The notes: a model not told the origin generated them from the sequence alone. DNA of 63,995 nt, filler included, from Octopus bimaculoides (GCF_001194135.2; 6 parts of 6 records of this genome joined end to end with filler, not necessarily neighbours in it), one strand, 5' to 3'; numbered from the whole stretch's first letter, positions 1 through 12,858 are shown. Numbers and translations: made by a program.

Positions 1-292
1 TTGCAGTCTTTATTGCACCTGAACATCTGCCACAAACAAAAACTAACTTGCTAGTTAACCTGCCTTTGATGTTGCTGCACCTCTTATGTGTCCATAGCTT
101 GCACCGGGTACATCTTATAGAGTTACTACCTACTCCTTTTCTACATACTGAGCAGGGCCATCTACCTGAAGGGGTTTGTGTTTTATCTACCTTCCTACTT
201 ATTAGGATTTTGGTTTTAGCTAGGTTGACTCTAAGGCCCTTCAATTCTAGACCTTGCTTCCACACCTGAAACTTCTCCTCTAGTTCTGATAG
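1..292 (-). mobile_element. RTE-clade LINE ORF2 fragment (RT subdomain 6 plus PHD-type zinc finger), runs off window start
   Basis: Minus frame is open: SELEEKFQVWKQGLELKGLRVNLAKTKILISRKVDKTQTPSGRWPCSVCRKGVGSNSIRCTRCKLWTHKRCSNIKGRLTSKLVFVCGRCSGAIKTA. GLRVNLAKTK is the non-LTR RT domain-6 motif. Homologous to 24781-25420. Confidence 0.85.
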
Positions 293-1497
293 TTATATAT
301 ATATATATATACACACACACACCCATACACACATATGCATACATATGTCTGTTTGCATAAATACATACACATGTGTATATGTGTGTGTTATTGTGCCTAT
401 ATGAATACACACACATATATGTATGTACCATGCAGACACACATAAAGGTACAGAAACTCATACATTTATTCATTCATATAAATCACTACATTTTTATACA
501 ATCTTTAAAAATATATATTAAAGAGGGACTAGAAGCAAGGGGTTGGAAAGTATGCATGTGTGTATATATATATGCATCTATATGGAACTTTGTGTGTGAG
601 TAGGGGAGAGAGTGTGTGATGGGAGATTTATGTGGCAGTGTGTGTGTGTGTGTGTGTAGCAGTGTGTCATTCAAGGCATTATAAAATTGTATTTTGTCAA
701 TATTGACCTCCAAAATATATTTCACTTGATTATATTCTAGTCAATAAACCAAGAAGTGCCAGAATTTAAAGTTACAATCACCCACCTCTATTTCTCTTTA
801 CTTTCCTCCCTTATGCTTTCTATTTCTCTTTTGCTTTCTCTCTCTCTCTCTCCTTCTCTGATTTTTCCTTTCTTTCTTGCGACTAAAGTTTCATCGACCC
901 AATAAGAAACAAGTTTCCTTCATGCTGTATTCTGGTTTCATATTTCTGACTTTTGACTATGATTAATTACTTAAACTTTGCCATTGTTTTTGCCTTACTT
1001 GGAATCAGTATTAGAAGAGATCTTTACTAACAATATTCAGTTTTAATTTATGATTCAGCTTTACTAAGAATTACAGCTGGATGGCCTGTTATATACTGTG
1101 TTGGAGTCTCAGCTCATGAGTTTTTATTTCAAGCTTACTGAAAACTATTTTTGTTGTTGTTTTGTTGCTCAGTTCAGCTTTGATGGAATAAACTTAAGTT
1201 ATATCACTAAATGTGGGATAGATGTCAACAGGAAAGAGGGAAGGAATTGGTAACTGGCAGTACAGAAAGGATGGGGATGAGGGATAGGAAAATGAAGGAG
1301 TGGGCTGAGGTAGATGAAAATTTGACAAGGACATATTTTTTGAAGAGCTCAGTTATATACTTATATATTATGATTCCAAAAATTCAATCCTGCTGTGCTA
1401 GCAGGGATGGGTGAATTTTTTCAAGCTCTGTTATCAACTGGTCATTTTGTTACTTCCTCCATGTGGCCTAACAGCTTGACATCAACCTTCAATATTT

Positions 1498-1745
1498 CTG
1501 AGGGCTTAGCTGAAATGTTAATAGGCTAACCAAAATACTCTCATGGAGTGTGATGAAATGAGGTTTATTTTTCAACATAGTCCAGTTTGTGGTGTACACA
1601 CTTTTTCCATCGATGTTGCAGTACTTGTATCCCATTGGTGTAAAAGATTCCATCCTGTTGTTCAAAAATAGACTCCATCCTGTTGTTCAAAAAAAGTCAT
1701 TAACAGCAGGTAAGTTGTCATGATCACAGTGATACTGGCACCTAG
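1498..1745 (-). mobile_element. Decayed mariner 3' end
   Basis: Minus strand reads QQDGIFYTNGIQVLQHRWKKCVHHKLDYVEK*, the typical mariner C-terminus, followed by a TIR-like end near 1498. Contains a 25-bp internal duplication at 1648-1692. Confidence 0.7.
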
Positions 1746-1789
1746 TATGTTGGGGAACAGATAATAGGTATGAAATGAGGGAAAAAGGG

Positions 1790-1895
1790 AGGGTGATCAA
1801 CCTGCCTATGATTCAACTGCACATCCTGTGCATCTGTAGTTTGCACTGGTTTCACTGTATGGAATTTCTCTCCATACATAACTGGAAGAATACAA
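1790..1895 (-). mobile_element. Degenerate RTE fragment (PHD region)
   Basis: Minus strand reads RNSIQ*NQCKLQMHRMCS*IIGRL, homologous to the finger region at 1-292. Confidence 0.6.
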
Positions 1896-2313
1896 GCACA
1901 AGCATACATACACACACACACACGCGTGCATATGATTGTTTATTTGTTGTTGTGTGTATGTAAGTATTCATTACTGTAAATGATCCAGTTCTGATGGTCT
2001 GTGATATAGTGGTTTGATGGGAGTAATTCTGTCTTCACTATGCTACATTCCACTATTCTTTTTTTTTTTGTCTTCTTATCACTTGCCATTCTTTTTTCCC
2101 TTCCTCTTAAGCTTTATTTTTCACCATCTATTTAATACAAATAATTTAGTGTGGCTTTGTCTGTTGATGGACTTATGATTCTCACCCATATAGCTGACTA
2201 TGATTTGGTACAGCTTCGCTCTCATACTTGCAGCTAAAATGAGAGGGTTAACACACTTTCCATATCTTGGTATCTTTTAATTCACTTGAAAAAACATTTT
2301 CTTTTTCATGATA

Positions 2314-3198
2314 CAAGGGGCTACCCAAAAGTAACCGGAAACATTCTCTGTGGAACAAGCCCACTGTAGTTCAGGCTTCTGCCACTAGAAGCCATTTGAT
2401 TCAAGCCAACTGGCAGCATCAAGTGAGATTGTACTGCCATGTGGTGCATCTTTGTTTTGCAGTGTGTCTCCCTGTTCGTTGATTTTTGCGATGGCTGAAA
2501 TAAAGAAACAGCGTGCTTCCATGAAATTCTGTTTTCTGCTGGGGAAAACAGCAACCGAAACAGCCGTCATGCTTCAAACAGCTTACAAGGATGCTACCAT
2601 AAGAAAAACAAAAGTTTATGAGTGGTTTCCATGCTTTAGGAGTGCTCACTTATCACTTGAGGACCAACCTTGTCAAGGCATCTGTCAACATCCTGAATGA
2701 ATGAAAACATCATGAAAATTCATGAACTGATCGTGGAGGGCTGTCACTGAACAATTGACAAACTTGTTGATATAATTGGTGTGTCTTGAGGCTTCCGTCA
2801 ACAAATTTTGTGCAAGAAATTACAAATGAAAAGAGGTGCTGCAAAATGTGTGCCTCGCTTGCTCACAAAAGATCACAAGCAATCACAACTGAAAGTGTGT
2901 TAGGAACTGAAAGAACAGCTGGAAGCTTATCTGGACCTTCTTTTGAAGGTCATCACTAATGATGAAAGCTGGCACTACAGAATTTGGAGATGTGGAAGAG
3001 GTGAAGAAAAAATAATGGAGGCGTTAAAAGCATCATTTCGCAAGAGTTCCAGCACAGCTTCGATTAGTGGAAAACGCATCTGGACTGATGCATTGCTGCA
3101 TATGGAGAATATTTTGAAGGTGGTAAAAGTGTAAACATCTAAAACTAAGTGAACAAAATAACATTGCAAAATTCCAGTTTCTTTTGGGTACCCCCTCG
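2314..3198 (+). mobile_element. Internally deleted mariner DNA transposon with TIRs and TA target duplication
   Basis: TIRs caaggggctacccaaaagtaaccggaa / ttccagtttcttttgggtaccccctcg, flanked by TA at 2312-13 and 3199-3200. N-terminal HTH remnant EIKKQRASMKFCFLLGKTATETAVMLQTAY. First catalytic motif VITNDESW is joined directly to a C-terminal remnant, so the DD34D core is deleted. Confidence 0.9.
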
Positions 3199-3269
3199 TA
3201 TAATCAGTTTATTCACCAGTAAAAAATGTGTCAGAAACAGCTGAAGTGAACCTCAACCCATTTGTGTTC

Positions 3270-3304
<35 letters not shown>

Positions 3305-3306
<2 letters not shown>

Positions 3307-3515
3307 TTTTATTTTCTTACTTCTTTCTGTCATTTTAACTGTGGCTATGCTGGAACATGCCTTTTAGTCAAAGAAATCGACCCCTGTACTTATTCTTTGT
3401 AAGCCAGGTATTTATTCTATCAGTGACTTTTGCTGAACTGCTAAGTTATGGTAACGTAAACACACCAACATCAGTTGTCAAGCGATGGTGGGAGGGCAAA
3501 CACAGACACTAACAC
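3305..3515 (-). mobile_element. tRNA-derived SINE family A, 3' half (CpG-decayed)
   Basis: Matches the reverse complement of the 3' half of the copies at 13434 and 48563. Confidence 0.85.
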
Positions 3516-3536
3516 ACAAATATATACATATATATA

Positions 3537-4004
3537 CATCTAATATAGGATAAAATTTTCAAAAAATGTTATCAGTGGCCAGCATATTAAAAAATTCCTG
3601 TGCCAAATATGCTGAGAAATAGACTTTAAATCATCAATAACCACATATAATTCTTCCCTAAAATCACACGTCTCGAAGCAAGCTGACAGAAATTTCTGAA
3701 AATTCCATTATCACTGAATCGGTCTGATTTCTGAGTTAATTCATAAAGCGGTAAATATGTTAAGAAATAAATACTTACTTGCACACATGGAACAAGCATA
3801 CGCAATGCCATGAGTACACTTAAGTACCCCAAATATATCCAAGTAGATAGAAATTTTGCAGCACACCTTGAGACACGTGCGATCAGACTGAAAATTCTCA
3901 TAGAGTAAGAGACAGTCTGGAAGCGAATGGTGTTAAATTTACATCTAATATAGGATAAAATTTTCAAAAAATTTTGTCAGTGGTCAGCATATTAAAAAAT
4001 ACCT
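3537..4004. repeat. 405-bp unit bracketed by ~62-bp direct repeats
   Basis: catctaatataggataaaattttcaaaaaa...cagtgg(c/t)cagcatattaaaaaat occurs at 3537-3598 and 3942-4004. Confidence 0.7.
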
Positions 4005-4327
4005 CTCTCGCTTTCCCTCACACTCTCTCTTTCTCTCCCATTTCCCACACTCTCTCTTTCTCTCACTCTCTCATTTCCTCAGCCTCTCTCCTCTCACCCC
4101 TTATTCTCCAGTTGTTTTTCGAGCTCTAATGTCTGTATCAATTATACTTCTAATGCCTATATAAAAAGCACAGATGTTACATATTTACAGTCAACTTGTT
4201 TCCATATTTGCAGTTAGGACCTTACTCTCTTCCCTAAGTTGTAGTCAACCTTTCTTGTGAAATGCTGAGTGAATCCCTACTGACTTCACACAATCCTTAT
4301 ATTCATCTTAACTGGCATGCATATATG

Positions 4328-4366
<39 letters not shown>

Positions 4367-4530
4367 GACGGGCTTCTTTCAGTTTCTGTCTACCAAATCC
4401 ACTCACAAGGCTTTGGTCAGCCTGAGGCTATAGCAGAAGACACTTGCCCTAAGTGTCACACAGGGGAACTGAACCCAGAACCATGTGGTTGGGATGCAAG
4501 CTTCTTACCGCGCACAGCCACTACTGTGCC
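4367..4530 (-). mobile_element. SINE family A, 5' half
   Basis: Reverse complement of the head ...gtggctgtgcgcggtaagaagcttgcatcccaaccacatggttctgggttcagt...gacagaaactgaaagaagcccgtc. Confidence 0.85.
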
Positions 4531-4600
4531 TATATATATATATATATAGACATGCCACACACGCACATCTCTCTGCAAAACTTTTTTTTCCAATACTTAC

Positions 4601-4648
4601 CATTCTACAAATGACTGAGTCACCACGCCTTCTGCTAGTTATAGCAAA
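4601..4648 (-). CDS. Candidate 48-nt exon, unidentified gene (FAITSRRRGDSVICRM)
   Basis: Long pyrimidine tract ending ttttcaag, donor ATG|gtaagt, one open frame (phase 0-0). No family recognised. Confidence 0.3.
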
Positions 4649-6205
4649 CTTGAAAATGATATATAAAAACAGGAAGAGAAAATAAAACTCAATACTTGAG
4701 GTGCTAAGTACAACAGGAGTCATTGTCCTGTCATTCTCCCGTTGAATGACACCTATGCCAAGCTTGTTTTGTCTGACCTCTGGAAGAAACTGTTAACAAG
4801 AAATTGATGAATGTTAAATGTCATGTTTTAGTTACAGAAGTGTTTGTGATGAAGTTAGTGAGCTGTCTATCAAATCTTTGCTATCACCTGTTAAAGCAAC
4901 AATGACAGTTTAAATAAACATCTGTTCTTTGCATTATATTTCTCCAACTTTGTGTTGAGTGGGTGGGATTGACTTCTTTGTCCAGGAGGGGGTGTTATCC
5001 CCCCCCACTTTCTCCCTTTTTCTCTCTCTTTTTCTGTTTCCTTCCTTTGCTCCTTCTAATCTCCTTTTTATTCCTCTCCTCTTTTTCCCATTTTCTCTCT
5101 TTTGAATCCTTGTTTTCTCCCTCATTTGATTTCTTTCTCTTTTCTCCTCATTCTCTGTATTTTTACTTCTTCACCATTTCTATCTGGTGTCATCCAATTT
5201 TTCTCATCCTCACATTGCCACTCTTCATTTTCTTTTTCTTAGTTCCTCTCTCTCTCTTTTCCTCACCCTCTCTCTCTCTCTTCATCTCCCCTTTCTCTTA
5301 CTCGCTCCTTTTCTCACTCTCTCTTTTCCTCACCCGATCTCCTTCTCTCACTTCCTTTTCTCCAGTTGTTTTTCAACCTCTAATGTCTGTATCAATTATA
5401 CTTCTAATGCCTATATAAAAAACTCAGATGTTACATATTTACAGTCAACTTGTTTCCATATTTGCAGTTAGGACCTTACTCTCTTCCCTTCTAAATTATA
5501 GTCAACCTTTCTGGTGAAATGCTGAGTGAATCCCGACTGACTTCACCCAATCCTTATATTCATCTTAACTGGCATTTTACTCAACACTTATACTCAGTGT
5601 TTTTTTTTCTGTCAAACTCTGTCCTGCTTCCTTTCTCCCACATAGTGTCATCACAGTGTAAATGTTTTCTAGTTACCATCATTCATTGTACAATCCTTAA
5701 GCACTGTCCCAATTCGGTGCATTTCCACAGTATACTGTTTGAGTTTTCTTCCTTTAATGGTCCCTAATCTCAGGACTGCCTTCCCAGAATCATACACCCT
5801 TCGAGAAAACAATTACTGGAACCTGTAGTATTTATATTAATTGAGAGCAACCTATAGCATAGATAGATCAGTACTGGCCTCTTAGACCATAGGATTCACT
5901 GGTAATTAAGAATGTCTTAACTAGTATGTCACATGTATTGAGAAGAGCATCGTCACTGTGAATTTTCTTTCCTTTTTCCCCCGCTTTATTTTATTTTTTT
6001 CCTATTTCTCTCTGTCTTCCCCTTTTTCTCTATCACATGACTCTGTCAATGAACAGTCTGGCGTGTTTGTTTTAATGGCCTACCAATGTATACAGTACGT
6101 CTCTCTGCCCTAGGTGTCAAGAAGACACTCGGCAAGAAATGGAAAGAGAATTGAAAGAAAATGCTAATGAAAATAATAATAATATTAATGATAATGATGA
6201 TGATG

Positions 6206-6245
<40 letters not shown>

Positions 6246-6317
6246 TAATAATAGAGCTTGGAAGGAGTGAAAAATGTATGGTCAGTTTTTGAGCGATATG
6301 AATGCCAAGACAGATAC

Positions 6318-6540
6318 AGAAGAAGAAAGAGAAGAAGAAGAAGAAGAAGAAAGAGGAGGAGGAGGAGAAGAAGAAGAAGAAAGAGAAGAAGAAGAAGAAA
6401 GAGAAGAAGAAGAAGAAGAAGCAGAAAGAGGAGGAGGAGAAGAAGAAGAAGAAGAAAGAGGAGGAGAAGAAGAAGAAGCAGAAAGAGGAGGAGAAGAAGA
6501 AAGAGGAGAAGAAAGGGCAGGAGAAGAAGAAGAAGAAACT
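6318..6540 (+). repeat. Compound (GAA/GGA)n purine microsatellite
   Basis: Direct reading. Source of the poly-E/K/R ORFs. Confidence 0.95.
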
Positions 6541-7154
6541 AAAAAGTCAACTTTTTATTGATTTAGATAACCAAGCTAAAAGATGGTGGGTAATCTGATG
6601 CTGTGAAATGTAGTGGTAGAACTTTCAATATTCTAACCTAATGCCTTCTGGAATTCACCATGGCCACCACTAGTAACAAGAATACAGAACAACTAAAAGA
6701 CTGTAGTAAATTACCAGCTCTGACAAATTAAAGATGGAAGCTATCTGATCTATTAACCCACTTAATTGTTCATGCTACCTGCAGGAAGAAGTTTGCTTTG
6801 TTACTTTACAGTCCTGTCGGAACTTAATTACTGCTACCACGCCACCTTTAAGTCCATTTCTCTGAGTCATGCATTAACAAGATATTGTTCTCTCATTGAC
6901 AAATTCTTTCTCATCAATTGACTCCCGAGGTCATGACTTTGTTTTTAATTCATTTGTTGTCATTGTTGCTGTTGTTACTTAATTGCTTGCAATCATTAAG
7001 CTTCATCTTTATTTAATTTTTAACTAAAGGGAAATTTAATTAGTTCATTAGATTAGATTGTATTCACCTCCTACTTCTCCCCTATTCTCCTCACTTTCTT
7101 TCACGGCTTTTACGTTTTACACACATTTTACATCAGTTTCAGTTTTTTAAACAA

Positions 7155-7166
7155 TCATCATCATCG

Positions 7167-7223
<57 letters not shown>

Positions 7224-7228
7224 GCAGT
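7155..7228 (+). repeat. (CAT)n(CAG)n microsatellite
   Basis: Direct reading. Confidence 0.95.
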
Positions 7229-7540
7229 GACTGCAAGATTATACGTTTGTTTGGTTATTTATTTATGACAGAAAAGTGAAATCACATTAAGAAATCTAAT
7301 AAAAGTGACTTTTTTTAATTTCCTTGATGGATATCAGTGGCCAGTCTTAATTACTATTTGTCCAGTGTGTTTGTCTACAACAACATCAAAAACAAAGAAC
7401 AACAACAATCCTTATCATCGTTGTCACCATGGTTGTTGCCATCATTCGTTGTTGTTGTCATCGTCATCATCATCATCAGCAATGAGAAAACCAAAAGTTA
7501 GAGATATAAAAGTTAACGGTATCAAGACAAACCTACCTAC

Positions 7541-7606
7541 CGGGGCCCCACTGGGATAGCAGCTGCAGGTGACATCAAGTAGGTTTGAGCCCAAAACAGT
7601 GAAGTA
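7541..7606 (-). CDS. Candidate 66-nt exon, unidentified gene
   Basis: Acceptor ctagtttcag, donor CCG|gtaggt. Two frames are open: YFTVLGSNLLDVTCSCYPSGAP (0-0) or TSLFWAQTYLMSPAAAIPVGP (2-2). GC-richer than its flanks. Confidence 0.3.
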
Positions 7607-7974
7607 CTGAAACTAGTTGTAATAAATTAACATCTGATGTTTTGGTCACTACATAGTCACTCAACTGGCTGAAAATAGCAGCCAAATAACTCAAATCAAA
7701 GCTTACCATCATAAAAAAAGTAAGAGTAAAAGAGAAATTAAACATTGGATGATGTAGTACCTGAGATGACTGGGAAATCTTTGATGATGGATCTACTGTG
7801 AGCGATAAACAACAACAATCACCACCAAGAGTGAAAAAAATAATAATGATTTCTTGAAATAGTGTAAAGTTATAAATTTCTGGGAAGGACACAATTGATT
7901 TTATTAACATAAGCAGATTGGTATTTACTTTTTTGACACTAGCAGCATAATAAAATGCACTCATACTCTCCATG

Positions 7975-8135
7975 AATTGTTGGTGTTAGGAAAGGCGTTC
8001 AGCCATAGAAAACATGCAGGAAAGGAAATGTACCACTGAAATGTGGTCTTTGACCCATCACAAGCACTGTGACTCTGAATAAGAACTGATTTGGTTTGAG
8101 AAACTGTCCAACTCATATCAGCGTGGAAAGTGATT
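7975..8135 (+). mobile_element. Decayed RTE/SINE 3' tail
   Basis: ttggtgttaggaaaggcgttcagccatagaaa...tgtccaactcatatcagcgtggaaag resembles 25730-25860. Confidence 0.6.
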
Positions 8136-8984
8136 TATGACAGTGACAACACTGATGGTGCCATGGTTACAAATATATGGAGACAGATGTACATACAGTA
8201 AAGTGGGGTTGGAGAAAAATGGCACCCTATTTTCAAATTGGTTGAAGATTTGGTAAAACAAAATATGAAAATAAGACCAACCCATCAATACTAATACTTT
8301 TATGTGGGATGAGAGCATTCTACAACTTGCTCTACTAAGGGCTCTGAAATTGACCATGAGCATCTTCATTCTTAACCAAACTGTAAAGAGCCCCACATTC
8401 TTTATCATTATCATCATCACCATTATTGTCATCATGATTATCAGATCATCACCACATCATCAGCATTATCATCATCGATGTCATTGTATTCATCTTTATC
8501 ATCAACACCATCATTGTCACTATCATTACTATTGTTGTTATCATTGGTATGTGGTCATCATCATTATTACCATCATCCTTATCATAATTACATTCCAATG
8601 AATTGTGAAGGTTACTGCTGTAGGCAACAATAGGAAAGAATCTTACACCCTGCTCACTTTCCTAGGACTGTTATTAATGTATTCAACACATTGTTCTTTG
8701 AAAAAAGTACCCTATAGAAATCATCAGCTTTCAAGATAAATTTTGATTATTAATTTGAAGTTGGATTATTCGTCTTATTTTTTCCCTTCAGATATCAATT
8801 TCCATGTTTGATAAACTTAATAACCTTTTTTATTGTGGGGCATTATCTTCAAGGTGAAATAGCTAATGAATATTTCACATACAATGCTTAATTAACAATA
8901 CCCTGTAAGGATATAAAATTAATTAGGTTGATATTCAGTGTGCTTTCTATATTAACTCCCTCTTTCTCTCTCTCTCTCTGTATG

Positions 8985-9042
<58 letters not shown>

Positions 9043-10724
9043 CACATTGTTAATATTATCATTCGTTCATGTATTTATTTTCATTATTAAGGCTGCCAAT
9101 GTTTTTAGAATGTGTTGGGTTAATAAAATAAGGAGCAGACAAGTTCAAGTACTGGGGTTAATTTCAGACAACTGTAATATGTGTGCTTTAAGTATGCTTG
9201 AGTGTGTATGCATACATGTGTGTGGAATGTGTGTGTGTGTGTGTGTGTGTACTTTTGTGTGTGCATGTATTTTGTGTGTATGTGTGCATGTGTTTTGTGT
9301 GTGTGTGTGTGCTTGCTCATGTCTGTTCATACCACCTACCTACCAATCCATCTATCTATCTTCTTGCTTACTTACCTACCTATTTGCTTGCCCATCTCCC
9401 CGCCTATCTACCTGCCTACATAATTAACTAACCAAGTAACTAACAATAATATGCAACTAAATTAACCACCTAAAAACCTACCTACCTACCTACCTGCCTG
9501 CCTGTCTGCCTGCCTGCCTGCCTGGCTATTTACCCACTTGACTGCCTGCTTACAAACGTACCTATCTATGTAGGCATGTAGACAAATGAGGTCTCTGCAA
9601 CAGACTAAGAGGTAAGTTATTGAAAAGGTTGCAGATAGCTAAGAAAGAACTTTGACAAGCAAAAACAAAGCAAATAACTTACTGTTTAACCAAATTAAAC
9701 AAATAATCGATTAGTTAGTTGGATATTTAATCAACTGATTAATCATAAAAGAGTGAAATTGAACCAGTGTGTGTGTTAATGACATTGGCATAATGACTTT
9801 TCCTAGACACAACAGTATATATACATTTACATACACTCATGGACACACGGACACACAAGATTGAGAAGGAAAAGATGTCTATACCATTTACCATTTTAAA
9901 ACTTATTCATGATGACTACACAACATAATGATGTGAGCTGAAAGGCTTACATTGCAGGACACCATCTTAATGTTGAAATACATTGTAGTGGGCTAGTTAT
10001 TGCTTTCCTGACTGATTGCTTTCAACTTCTGAATGTAAACTCAGAAATTATTTTGCAACAATCATGTGCAAGTTATTGGATGGTCAAAAAGGTTTTGGCA
10101 ATCTTTTATTCCTCAGGAGATTCTATTAGAACTAAAATGTGATAGCTAAAAAAAAAAAAAAAAAATAGATGACGTAAAGAAACAAAACCTTGTTTATTTG
10201 TTGTTGTTGTTTGTGCTGATGACACATTGAGACCTGTCTATCCCAAGTGAGCATAGAAAAATAGATGTAAAGGATGACAATCATACCAAATAAGAGACTT
10301 ACCAAGAAATGTTAATGTAAATAGTTCAGCAGTTCAAGGGTTTTTGTTTCGTAGAAGAAATTCTGGCAATCCTCAACTTTATGTCATTTCTTTTTCATTT
10401 TCATCAACCAGTTGTTGGAATGATTTCTTTTGACTGCTGGCAATTTAAAAAAAATTTTTTTTATTTGAATGGGTATTTTGGTTTGCAATAGAAATGGAAA
10501 TGTATTGATGTAAGTTGTGATCCTCCAGTTAATGCTGCAAAACAACAGCAGCATAAAAATGAATATCAATTGTAACAAGGAGTTCTAAACAATCCGCTAC
10601 AATTACCCTTCCCTTGAGAATTCCTGCTGTGCTGTTAAATGCTTGATGAAATGAAGTATTGAACTCATTCAGCAGCACAAAAAGGATAACAGCAGTATAT
10701 GTATATGTATGCATGTATATTTGT

Positions 10725-11130
10725 AGGTAGATGTATGACTGTGTGGTTAAGAGGCATGCTTCCCAACCACATGGTTTCAGGTTCAATCCCACTGCCTGGC
10801 ACCTTGGGCAGATCTCTTTTACTATAGTACCAGGCAAATGAGTGGATTTGATAGATGGAAACTGAAAGATGCTCATTTGTATGTGTGTGCGTGTGGCTCT
10901 CCCCTGATATCAGATGATTGTCGTAAATAGTCATCTGTACAGTTTGTAATTTTTAAAAATTTTTGTGGAAACACATTTGGCCAAGGGGAAAATATTGCTT
11001 TGCTTGGAAATAGGTGAAGGTTATTGATAGGAAGGGCATCTATCTCTTGGAAATCTGCCTCAACAAATTCCATCCAACCTATGCAAGTATGAAAATGTGA
11101 ATGTGGAACTAATGATGATGATGATGATGA
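10725..11130 (+). mobile_element. Composite SINE: family-A tRNA head plus RTE-type tail ending in (GAT)n
   Basis: Head gactgtgtggttaagaggcatgcttcccaaccacatgg; tail ggaagggcatc...ccaacctatgcaagtatgaaaatg...(gat)n. Confidence 0.75.
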
Positions 11131-11257
11131 GCATATAAATACGAGGATTTCCAGAGAGGCTATTTGCTAGAGAGGCCATAGGCCAGCAAGTTTAGGGAGT
11201 GAAGAAGCCCCAGGTAACTCCATAAAACAGCCCTATCTATCCATCCATCCATCCATC

Positions 11258-11323
<66 letters not shown>

Positions 11324-11326
<3 letters not shown>

Positions 11327-12858
11327 TCATGCGCACAATTATTGGCACCCTTTGTCAAAAATGAGCTTTTATTTAATTTCTCACCAAAATTAGTGTCTAT
11401 ATGTAATAATTTTGGTCAATGTAGGTACAATTATTTAAAGAACACCAAACAAAGTCTTAATTTACAAAATATTTTGAGCAAATCAGAAAAACAAAATAAT
11501 TGAATGGTTTGAAATTATTGGTACCTCTACAACATTAGATGATTATTAACAATCAATAGTGTATCCTTTATGCTTGATAACTTCTTCACTCTGCAAGTGT
11601 AGTTTTCTGTCAGCTTCAGACGCATACCAGAAGGAATTTTAGCCCTTTCTTCAATCGCATATTCTTCCAGCTGCTTCAAATTAGATGGCCTTCATTGTTT
11701 TCACTCATTACTTTTGTTCCCACCATAAATTTGCTATTGGGTTTAAGTCAGGACTTTGAGCCAGCATAGGAGCACATCTATCTTGGTTTCTTTCAATCAA
11801 ATTTGGATTAAAAGTGATGTATGCTTGGGATCATTGTTCTGCATGAAAATCCAACAGTGTCCTAATCCCAGTTGCTTCATTGATGACTTCAGGTTTTCAT
11901 TCCAAACATCAAGATAATTCTCTTTTTTTGTTGTTCCTTCAGTTTGAATTAATTTTCCAGTGCCTTTAGCAGAAAAACAGCTCCACAGCATTATGCTGTC
12001 CCCACTATGTTTGATGGTAAGGATGATATTCTTTGGGTTGTAAGCTTCTCTTTTCCTCCAAATGGTAGTTCTTTTGTTGTGACTGAATAACTCAGGTCAG
12101 AGAGCGGAGTGCCAAAAACATTTTGGTTTCTTCAGAAAGTCCTTCGCAAACTTCAGACTACAAATGAACTGTTAAGTGCTTCTTCTTCAACAATGGCATC
12201 TTCTGGGAACTCCAATAGCTGTCAAATTGGCTTTCATCACTGAAATTATCTTTGGATCATTGTGACTATTTTAATTAACATCTGCTCATCTCATTCTGAA
12301 AGGAGCATCTTTCTACTGTGTCCACTCTTGTTCTCCTACAAACCTGTATCTTGATGATTCACAGTTATGTTGCTAGTAGTTGATCTAGCCATATTGAAAT
12401 TCTTACACAGCGTCTTATACCCATCATCAGCAGCATGAGCATCAACAATCTTCTTCCTTAGGTTAGAACTGTGCTCTTGCATCTTCGTCAAGACATCGCA
12501 GATAGAATAGTTTATTGACGAAAAGAAGGTTGCAAAAAGATTGTGCAAGCAATGTCATGTAGCCTTGCCATGCATTCTTCTAGAAGTTACTGTATTTTTT
12601 AACTTTCTCAGGATGACATAACCTCTTTTTATGATATGTAATCTTATATTGTAGCCCATATCAGTAATCATTTTGAGCCATACTTGAAACTTTTATTACC
12701 ATATTACACATTGCCAGATGTCCTCCTTCGGTAATATTTATGCTTTTGTTGTTTGCTTTCTTGTGCCGTAAGAGCATTTTTATAGACATCTTATTTAGTG
12801 AGAAACTCAGTAAAAACTCATTTTTGATAAGGGGTGCCAGTAATTGTGTATATGACTG
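11324..12858 (-). mobile_element. Full-length decayed Tc1 (DD34E) transposon
   Basis: TIRs cagtcatgcgcacaattattggcaccc / ggggtgccagtaattgtgtatatgactg with TA on both sides. Minus-strand remnants MQEHSSNLRKKIVDAH (paired-like HTH) and WSCFSAKGTG...FMQNNDPKHTS (catalytic region). Multiple stops and frameshifts. Confidence 0.9.

Larger units (their letters stand above)
4104..5574. repeat. Local ~215-bp direct duplication (4104-4318 and 5357-5574), each copy preceded by a CT-rich tract
   Basis: Near-identical sequence from ttctccagttgtttttc to cttaactggcat in both copies. Confidence 0.9.

Noticed and set aside
4963-5418. 151-aa hydrophobic ORF resembling a membrane protein
   Set aside because: Translation of a CT-rich low-complexity tract.
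6258-6598. Poly-Glu/Lys/Arg ORFs
   Set aside because: All three frames are open because of a GAA microsatellite.
7541-7570. CYPSGAP as the missing protease GDSGGP exon
   Set aside because: It lacks Asp194 and the GGP motif, lies 22 kb away and is in a different CpG domain.
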